DNA of 64,000 nt. It comes from a virus. Lineage: Duplodnaviria > Caudoviricetes. Both the position numbers and the translations under genes were made by a program. Numbering within the stretch: position 1 is the first letter of the stretch; each line of letters starts with the position of its first letter. The stretch is taken from IMG/VR virus record IMGVR_UViG_3300021387_000199, positions 32,001 to 96,000 of that record; one strand, written 5' to 3'. Shown one piece after another: positions 55,908 to 64,000 of this stretch. Below the pieces are notes generated by a model, which was not told the origin of the DNA, ran no database searches, and saw only the letters and a list, made by a program, of their open reading frames with translations.

Positions 55908-56924
55908 GTGTCTGAGATAGATCGGGAGAAACTCCGGGAACTGGAAGACAAGGTCGATCTTCTTGAGTATGCTCAGACCTCGTTCGACTTCCGGAAAGGC
56001 GGGGACGACGCCTACTTCTGTCATTGTCCTCTACACGTAGACAAGACGCCTTCCCTGAAGATCAGTAGGAATAGAAACGTATTTCACTGTTTTTCGTGTG
56101 GGAAAGGCGGCGGGCTTCTTAGCTGGCTGATGACGATTGAAAAATTATCGTTCAACGACGCGGTCGAAAAGGTTTGTAAACTCGCCGGCGGGGATATCAA
56201 AAATCTCAAAGTCAGTTCTGCCCTGAAATTCTATCAGGATATCAAAAGATCTACAGATGAAACCACAGTAATTTCCAATCAGATAGAAAGAGAAATCCTT
56301 CCAGTTTCAGCCATAGAAAAATTCTCTACCGATTTGCCCCAGGAATGGATAGACGAAGGGATATCCCCTGAAGCGATGAGGAAATATCAGGTGAGGATCG
56401 ATTACGACTCAAACAGAATCGTTTACCCGGTCTGGGACAACCAGGATCGATTGATAGGATTCAAAGGACGTACAAGGTTTGAGAATTATAAGAGCCTGAA
56501 GATTCAGAAATACATGAATTACACGAAACTCGGAGTGGTCGATTACTTCGGCGGGATGAAAGAGAATCGTCAAAATATTGCCGCTAAAGGTGAAGCGATC
56601 ATCTTTGAGGGAGTAAAGAGTGGATATAAAGCTTATTCGTGGGGAGTAGATAACTGGCTATCTTCTGAGACCTCAGCTCTGAATAAACAACAGGTCGTGG
56701 TCTTACTTCAGGCCGGAATTAAGAATGTAGTAATAGCGTGGGACAACGACGTGAGCTGGGAAAAGATCGTAGAGAAAACGAAAACTCTCAGGAATTTCGC
56801 CAATGTCTACGCGATTCGAGATACCAAAGGTTTACTGGGTAAGAAAGAAGACAAGATGAGCCCGGTAGATAAAGGGCGCGAGGTTTGGGAACAACTTTAC
56901 GCCGAGAGGAAGAGGATTAAGTAA
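55908..56924 (+). CDS. dnaG: DNA primase (CHC2 zinc finger plus TOPRIM)
   Basis: CPLHVDKTPS..FHCFSCG, IIFEG, IAWDND. Confidence 0.9.
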   Translation: MSEIDREKLRELEDKVDLLEYAQTSFDFRKGGDDAYFCHCPLHVDKTPSLKISRNRNVFHCFSCGKGGGLLSWLMTIEKLSFNDAVEKVCKLAGGDIKNLKVSSALKFYQDIKRSTDETTVISNQIEREILPVSAIEKFSTDLPQEWIDEGISPEAMRKYQVRIDYDSNRIVYPVWDNQDRLIGFKGRTRFENYKSLKIQKYMNYTKLGVVDYFGGMKENRQNIAAKGEAIIFEGVKSGYKAYSWGVDNWLSSETSALNKQQVVVLLQAGIKNVVIAWDNDVSWEKIVEKTKTLRNFANVYAIRDTKGLLGKKEDKMSPVDKGREVWEQLYAERKRIK

Positions 56925-56933
56925 GGGGGATGT

Positions 56934-57419
56934 ATGAGGTTTATCAACTCGTTACTGGTGGTACTGATTATAGCGGTTTATTCTCTGGCGCTCACAATTC
57001 ATCCGTGGGCGAAAGAGATTTTAGCTCCGGGAGAGCTTGCTGAGACCGAATCGGAAACAGAGCAGCCATATTCGGATGACGACTTCTACGAACTAAGTCA
57101 CGTCATTCAGGCTGAGGCCGGATATTGTGAACGTGACATGATGATCGGAGTAGGATCTGTAGTCCTGAACAGGGTAGAACACGAAGACTTCCCGGACACT
57201 GTATACGAAGTTATTCATCAGCCGGGGCAGTATAGTACGGTTTCTCACTTATCTTCTCAGGTTCCAACAGAGCTTGTCGAAGAAGTTACCGATTATCTGC
57301 TCAGAAACGGAAGTGAATACCCGAGTGACGTCGTATACCAGGCGAATTTTCCTCAGGGATCGGGAACATATTTAACACTCAGTACGAGTTATTCGACGAT
57401 GTATTTTTGCTATAGATAA
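56934..57419 (+). CDS. SleB/Hydrolase_2 cell-wall hydrolase with N-terminal TM/signal segment
   Basis: IQAEAG, VGSVVLNRV, FPDTVYEVIHQPGQY. Confidence 0.88.
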   Translation: MRFINSLLVVLIIAVYSLALTIHPWAKEILAPGELAETESETEQPYSDDDFYELSHVIQAEAGYCERDMMIGVGSVVLNRVEHEDFPDTVYEVIHQPGQYSTVSHLSSQVPTELVEEVTDYLLRNGSEYPSDVVYQANFPQGSGTYLTLSTSYSTMYFCYR

Positions 57420-57503
57420 TCAGGCTGCCAGATATGTAGACAGCCCTTCCGTAGATAAGGAAATGGAACGGCGAAGGAACTGGGAGAAAGAGAGGATGGA
57501 ATT

Positions 57504-57660
57504 ATGAACCCAGTATTTGTTTTTCTGGTGATTCTAACCGCAGTGTTCATATGGGTGCTGTGTGCTGGACTTTATAAATATGTAGGCAAAGTCTTCGGAG
57601 AAATGTTCGAAGACGTAAAAAAGGAAATGAAAGCGGAGGAAAAGAATAATGAAGAGTAAA
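57504..57660 (+). CDS. Small TM protein preceding the SPFH gene
   Basis: MNPVFVFLVILTAVFIWVLCAGLY... Confidence 0.55.
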
Positions 57661-58635
57661 GGACTTATTGGCGGTATTGTTTTGGGGGTAATTATAATTA
57701 TCTGCCTGATAGTGGGATTTAGCTGTGCGAAGAAGGTTCCGGCAGGATATGTGGGAATTGTGTATTCGATGAACGGAGGAGTTTCAGATGACGTCCTCAC
57801 TCAGGGTTGGCATCTTGTATCTCCGACAAAGCAAGTGACTCTATATTCTGTAGGTATTGAACAGTCTTATCTGACATCTGGTGATAACGGAGATTCAGAG
57901 GGAGATGACAGTTTCGAAGTGCCCAGTAGCGATGGTAAAGGCTTAAAGGTCGATTTGACATTCACCTATCGTTACGATGCTGACAGGGTAACGCAGCTAT
58001 TTACAAGATTTAAGGGACAGTCAGGTAAGGAAGTCAGGGATTCGTTCATTAAGCCAAATATTATTTCTTGGACAAAGGAAGTTACTGCGAAATATCCAGT
58101 CACGGAGATCCTTGGTGACGAGAGAGCGAACCTAAACATAGCAGTCAGTGAGTATATCAAAGAGAAATTTGATAAATACGGAATCATTGTGGAGAACGTA
58201 AGTCTGATCGATATTGATGCTGACGATGAGACAAGGGCATCTGTACAGAGAAAGGTAAATGCTCAACAGGAGCTTGAATTAGCCCAGATAGAGAAGAAGA
58301 CAGCCAATGTTCAGGCTCAGAAAGACAAGGAAGTTGCCAATGTTCAGGCTCAGAAAGACAAGGAAGTTGCGATTGTAAAGGCAGAGCAGGATAAGGAAAC
58401 GGCTGAAATTAATGCTGAACAGCAGAGAATTAAAGCGCAGGGTGAAGCTGATGCTATTCAGATCGAAGCGGAGGCTCAGGCAGAAGCTAATAAGAAGATC
58501 GCTGAATCGCTTACTCCTGAACTGATTGAGAATAATAAGATCGCAAAATGGAATGGTGAAGTGCCGACAGTTTCCGGAACAGGAGCAACGATTGTTGATG
58601 TTGGAGGAGTTACTTCATCGGGAATTGAGGACTAA
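57649..58635 (+). CDS. SPFH/prohibitin (Band 7) membrane protein
   Basis: TM, then VPAGYVG; AEAQAEAN...KWNG; tandem ANVQAQKDKEV duplication. Confidence 0.9.
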   Translation: MKSKGLIGGIVLGVIIIICLIVGFSCAKKVPAGYVGIVYSMNGGVSDDVLTQGWHLVSPTKQVTLYSVGIEQSYLTSGDNGDSEGDDSFEVPSSDGKGLKVDLTFTYRYDADRVTQLFTRFKGQSGKEVRDSFIKPNIISWTKEVTAKYPVTEILGDERANLNIAVSEYIKEKFDKYGIIVENVSLIDIDADDETRASVQRKVNAQQELELAQIEKKTANVQAQKDKEVANVQAQKDKEVAIVKAEQDKETAEINAEQQRIKAQGEADAIQIEAEAQAEANKKIAESLTPELIENNKIAKWNGEVPTVSGTGATIVDVGGVTSSGIED

Positions 58636-61600
58636 ATGGATAAATACAGATACAAAATAATAGGCATTTACCACTCAGGAAGAAAAGGAAAACGCTGGGA
58701 TCCGGTAACCGATGAAAAATACGATGGCATGATTGGGCAACTCTGCACGTTTGATCCCAGTAAGGTAGAGCAGTTTAAGGCTGTTACGGTCTACCTGAAG
58801 AATCATCCGTTCTATAAATACTGGCATACTTCAGAGGTGCTTCAGTTGTCCCGTGGTTTTGACGGAAGTTACGTACTGGAAACTGCGAACTCCATCTATG
58901 TTTTTGAGGAGGCAACAGATGGGAACTAACTTTTATTTTATGACTAAGAATAAAGATCTGGTCCACAAGCACTTCGCCGTAGAACACTTCTGGGGTGTGA
59001 CTGACGAAGAATACGAGATAGTCGAAAGTCCTTATCTTGGTTACGAGATCCATCTGAATAAACTTAGCTACGGTTGGCGACCATTGTTCCAGAAACATAA
59101 GGAATTCGATTCCTGGGATAAGCTGGAAGCCTTCTATATAGCTCATAAGGATGATCTGGAAATCTACAACGAATATGGTGAGAAGTTTGAATGGGTTGAT
59201 TATAAGAAGAGAATTTTCGATCACGCCGCCAGAGAGCCGGAGCCGTTGAAATGGTATTACGGAGTTGATCCTCTTTATGCCAAATGGACGAGGTCGACCA
59301 GAAAGAGATTGTATCACGACCGCTGCAAACCTGAAGAAGCGGAATTCTGGACTCCGATTGACCATGTGAAGTACTCTGAAACGGAAAAAGCAGCAAGAGA
59401 GAAATACGGAGTCTGGGATCATCCGATTTTTGATGACATTAAACACTGGAATGATCCGAACCCAGATTATCTGATTGATTGGACAGAAGGGGACTTTAGT
59501 TAATAGGACTACCGAAAACGCTGCTTTTCGGAAGTGGAAAAACCGAGGGAAAAAATTATGAATAGGAAAATACTATGTGTTTGGAAAAATGATTTAGTTC
59601 TCGTTCCATTTGATGATGCAATGAGTGGTATGTATCCAAGATATGATGAAGCCGAAGTGATAACCAATAATGTCGGAATAGACTTTTGGGATTATGGTTT
59701 ATTAATTGACTATGACGATAATGAATTTCGATTATTAATAGATTCATGGGATGGATTTCAGCCATCTGAAGAATTGGGACTAGATGCTCTAAAAATATTG
59801 AAACGACTAATAAAATTATTATGATACGAGCTTCGTTTTGAAATGTTGAAAGCAATTTACATTGGTGATGAGGGAGTAGTTTTTTTGATGGAGCTTAAAA
59901 TTTGTCCTTTTTGCGGCGGTAGACCTAAGATTGAGCAAGTTATGTGTCCTGATGGACAATGCCATTATTTTGATTGGCGTATATCCTGCAATTCCTGTCC
60001 GGCAACTATGCAGATCGCTGCCGACAACTATTACGGAAGAGATTATTTTACAGAAGAAGAAGCTATCGAGATTTGGAACAGGAGAAAATAATGAAGATAT
60101 TTAAAAAACGTGAATTTGAAAGTCTGATGGAAGATTTCCCAGACGGTGGAATTGTTTTTGCAGAATACAAACCTGATATTCTAAAGTCCTCTTTAATGGT
60201 TACAGATGGAGATTTCGGTGCGAGAAAAGTAGTACCGCATGACGGAGAAGTATTCGATTTTGATTGGAATATAAATGAATATCGGGATGATGATTCATTT
60301 GCTGTTTTTGATAACAATGACATCCTCCAGATGATTCAGACGCTTGTGTCTGGAATAAAAGTTGATTTAAAAGCGTGGTTCGATGATTAATGAAACGATT
60401 CTTTTATCAGGAGTAGAAAATGAAAAATGTATATTACATTTATAAGTTCGAAGATGGCACTGTTTTAACCCTTGTAAATACTGGGTTTTCAACGGCTGAA
60501 TTGTGGAAAATGCAGGATCTACATGGGAAATGTCAAATTGAGACAAATGGACATTTATAATAAAACATTTAGAAGAGGCTTGAGGGCAAAATTAGCCATA
60601 GATAATTTCACAATTACCGACATAAGTAATGAGGAACTAGAAGAAATTCTTAAACCTTTTATGAAAAAAGATATCATTGTTAAATCAAATGATGAGATCT
60701 ATTTGACCACAACAAGGAAAGATGAAAATGAAACAAGCATATAGTGATGACCTGCGTTGGACAGAAGACGCTGACAGGTTATCAAAAAAAGTCGCTTCGA
60801 TTTTGAGTGATACTATTGAGGATGCACTAAAAGAATTTCCCCCGGAAAGTGTTTATTATATTATTGATGATGCCGTTAAATTACAAATATTGAGTCATAT
60901 AGTATTAGGGGAATAAAACAAGTTTTTAATGAGGATAATTATATGAACAAAGACAACTTTGGTAATTATAAAATAGATTACTCTAAAGATAATCCAGTTC
61001 TATATGAGATATATATTAACGAAGAAGATGAAAATCCAACACCTGTTTTTATGAAACCAGTGTCAAAGGAAGAGTTTGAAAAATTCATTTCTGAATATCC
61101 AAATAAACTTGAAATTGATTACTATATGGATTGGTATTCATATAATGATTTTTCACTTAATGGTGGTTGCGTATGGCCCGAAAGTATGGTTGCTATGAAG
61201 TCAGATGGATCATATGATCAACCAATCGAATATAAAATTCTTCTCGAAGAATATTGGAAAAATAGAGATATTAAAAACTAAGTTTTATGGGAAGTAATAT
61301 GGATATATAAACAGTTGGTAAATGATATTGAAAGATCAAGATGGATTGTTGATAATGAGATTCCTATTTTTGTTAACGAAGGAAGAGAATATATAGAGCA
61401 AAGATTTTAAGTAAGATTTGTTTGGGGGTTTCGACATGAGTAGAACGAGGTTTTCAGATCGTCAGCTTGCCGACTTGATAATGGAACTGAACGGAGAAGT
61501 AGAACCTGTCGGGGAAACCAATGTTGACAATAAGCGTTTCAATAACTTACTGAAACTACAGAATACAGTAGATATTCTCCTCGACGAGATCGCTTTTATT

Positions 61601-63434
61601 ATCCCGAATAAAGATCGGTACGAATTCTCAATGCATCGGGCGGGATTAATGGCCTGGGATTGGCTCGATGAGAAAAGAGAATGGTTGGAGGAATTGTTGT
61701 CGTGAGTGTAGAAGGATTTTTAAGAGGAAGGATTTTTACTGATAAGAGAAGCAATATGCAACTTATGGTTAAACCAGAATGTGAACTATATGTTGAGGAT
61801 ATAGCGGAATATTTTTCGAAAGCAGTACAGGCTTTTGATGACAGAGTAGTATCTCCATCATATGTATTTACCCCATCTGGGCTGTATTGGAGGAGAATTC
61901 GTGGCGGCAATATGTGGAAACGTGGGCGTTCGCGTCGGAAGTGAATGGTGTTTGAATTGCGTAATTCATAGTTGCTCAGGATATAAGGAAGCGAAAAAGA
62001 ATATGGGCCAAGATAGTCGCGCTTTTTTGAAATTAATAGGGAGGGCGAACCCGTTAGAAATATATTCAGCTCAAGAATTAAGAGAGAAAGAAATGGGAGT
62101 AAGTACACGAACACAGGAGTTTGACAAAGATAGAATGAACGGAAAAGAAAAGAATCCGAAACAGGTGTTAATTGACTGGGTGATAAATGTGGAATCATCT
62201 GCTGAAGAAGCGAGAGAACATGTTCAAAAATATGTTAAGGGTGATTCATCCTCAGGGCATTTAAATTCAGCTAGAGAAAACCTTAGTTGTATACTCGGTC
62301 AGTGTGAGGCCATGATGACGGTTTTGAAAAATTCGGATTGAGAGGGATCCCCGGAAGATATACCGTAAATTGTGGTTTTCGGAATAGAGAAAGACGCTCA
62401 GAACAGAGCGAAGGAAAGAGAACAATGGGAATTTTAATTTTGGGAGGATTCTTTCTCGGTTTTTTAATCATATACGCGATTTTTGCTTTGGATTATCGTT
62501 CGTCTGCTAAAAAACAGCAACGAATGACCTACAAAGAATATCTTCGAATTTCTTCTGTCGCTCCCGATAAATGGAGACTTTATGATGGTATATACTGCTA
62601 TGCGCTATATGGTGAAAGGTTTCCGTATGAAGAAATATATATGGAAAGTTATTTTGATTCATTGAGATTGGAGAAAAAATGTCTCAGAGAAATGAAGCGG
62701 AAAGAAAACGTAGATTATACCGTGGCTCGGGCGAAACTACTGATATCCTGGCAGGAGGATATCAACCGATATCAGGAGAAATATACGGAAGAATTGAAGG
62801 AGATGTATTTAAAAAATGGAACTACAACTTAACGGTTTTATTACAAGAGATTACGACGATCATCCGGCGCTGATATACAACAAAACTGTTCAAAAATACC
62901 AGGCGGAGTCCATCCCCAGTTTGATTCAGGATTGGGCGAATTATCAGTATCTCGATGAAGGGTTAGGAAAAAAGATCACCAGTATTCCAGATTGCTGCAT
63001 GAGGATTTGGTATACAGATGATCGCTGCACTTTTGAAGAAGCTCAGGAAGCTTTGTGTAATCATCTTGACGGATGTATGACTGTTCAGGCTTCGTATCTC
63101 GGGTATTCTGAGTGGACTATTACTGGATTGAATTTAGATATTTTTACACTCGGCGGTCATAATCTGGAAAAGGAAATAATGGCTCACGAAGGTGAATTTT
63201 GTTGGATTGAGATTACTTACTAAACGGGAAAGATAAATGGAAAATAAAAAGTATCTGTACGACTTATCGCTGATAGCAGAAGAATGCACTTTTGGTCAAA
63301 TGTGGTTAACGAAAGAAGAATACGAAATCGTAAAACGAGTGACAGACCCAAGAAACTGGGAGAACCTAGACGCTGAAACAGGGTGTGGCTCTTTTTATAT
63401 TTCGTGCGAGGAGTTGGACGCGAAGCAAACATAA
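58636..63434 (+). other. Second array of short hypothetical genes, with a low-GC block at 59.5-61.4 kb
   Basis: e.g. 58636..58929, 58919..59503, 60091..60390, 60943..61281, 61436..61705, 62816..63223, 63237..63434. Confidence 0.65.
59888..60091 (+). CDS. Lar-family restriction-alleviation-like zinc finger
   Basis: LKICPFCGG...CNSC...EAIEIWNRR. Confidence 0.75.
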   Translation: MELKICPFCGGRPKIEQVMCPDGQCHYFDWRISCNSCPATMQIAADNYYGRDYFTEEEAIEIWNRRK

Positions 63435-63467
63435 AAAATTGATTTGATTAGGTCAAAAGGAGAAAGC

Positions 63468-64000
63468 ATGAAAGTACACGATAAATATGTAATAGAGATT
63501 GAAGAAATAATTCGTGGATATGGGAATAACCCAGAGGTTGAAGATCCGCTTGGCGTATGCCCACCGCTGGCAAGAATAAAGGGATTCAGAACTCTTATCT
63601 TCGATCAGAACGGTCTGGATAAGCTGACACCCTACGATCAGGACGAAGCTTATCAGCGTGGCCTTAACGATGCGTGGACTTTTGCTGATGATGTTTCCCA
63701 TAACAGAGGCAATATTCTTGACATACTTGGTTGCCCTACATTTGGAGTGGCATTTAAACAGCTTACCGCTTCCGAAGCCATCCAGAAGCTGAAGGAGTAT
63801 GAAGAGCGGAAGAAGGCCGAAAAGTTTGAGGTCGGGGATGAAGTTATCCAGATTACTAATTCAGGAACTCCAACAGGAACATCATGTATTGTCACATATG
63901 TTGACAATGAAAAAGGTGCATTATCTGGAATAAATGATAATGGAAAAGTCGTAGTATGTACAACACAGATGCACCGTTGGTGGCGTAAGACAGGCCGCAG
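63468..64000 (+). CDS. Hypothetical protein (runs off the window edge)
   Basis: AAGGAG SD; MKVHDKYVIEIEE...FRTLIFDQNGLDKL. Confidence 0.6.
   Translation, partial: MKVHDKYVIEIEEIIRGYGNNPEVEDPLGVCPPLARIKGFRTLIFDQNGLDKLTPYDQDEAYQRGLNDAWTFADDVSHNRGNILDILGCPTFGVAFKQLTASEAIQKLKEYEERKKAEKFEVGDEVIQITNSGTPTGTSCIVTYVDNEKGALSGINDNGKVVVCTTQMHRWWRKTGR

Noticed and set aside
58303-58370. 33-bp tandem duplication in the SPFH gene
   Set aside because: Ordinary in-frame coiled-coil expansion.
28186-62198. Minus-strand ORFs in the early/replication region (e.g. 41486..42202, 52635..53288)
   Set aside because: Antisense shadows of well-supported plus-strand genes.

Overview
A 64-kb segment of a large, probably temperate, SPbeta-like phage of a Bacillota (Clostridia-type) host. 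The minus strand (1-23.1 kb) carries the head and packaging module (adaptor, intron-split major capsid protein, head protease/scaffold, portal, terminase). It also carries HU, a metallophosphoesterase, ClpP, a YonO-like single-subunit RNA polymerase, PIN-PhoH, one tRNA(UUG) and seven tRNA-like RNAs with defective anticodon arms. A 2-kb divergent non-coding region with DnaA boxes follows. The plus strand (25.2-64 kb) holds many small early genes, a tyrosine recombinase, an SOS-boxed sigma/DUF262 gene and the replication module (Sak4, SSB, Dam, helicase, primase). Main result: the fragmented minus-strand ORFs rejoin into full-length genes if TAG is read as a sense codon. I counted 46 in-frame TAGs in 12 minus-strand genes plus one in dam, and every minus-strand gene end I checked is TAA or TGA. 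An internal repeat and recalled family motifs indicate TAG = glutamate, not the glutamine (code 15) known from recoded phages. No tRNA-CUA is in the window, but the tRNA(UUG) has a tRNA-Glu-like body and lacks the GatCAB U1-A72 determinant. Family assignments and consensus comparisons are from memory, not from database searches.
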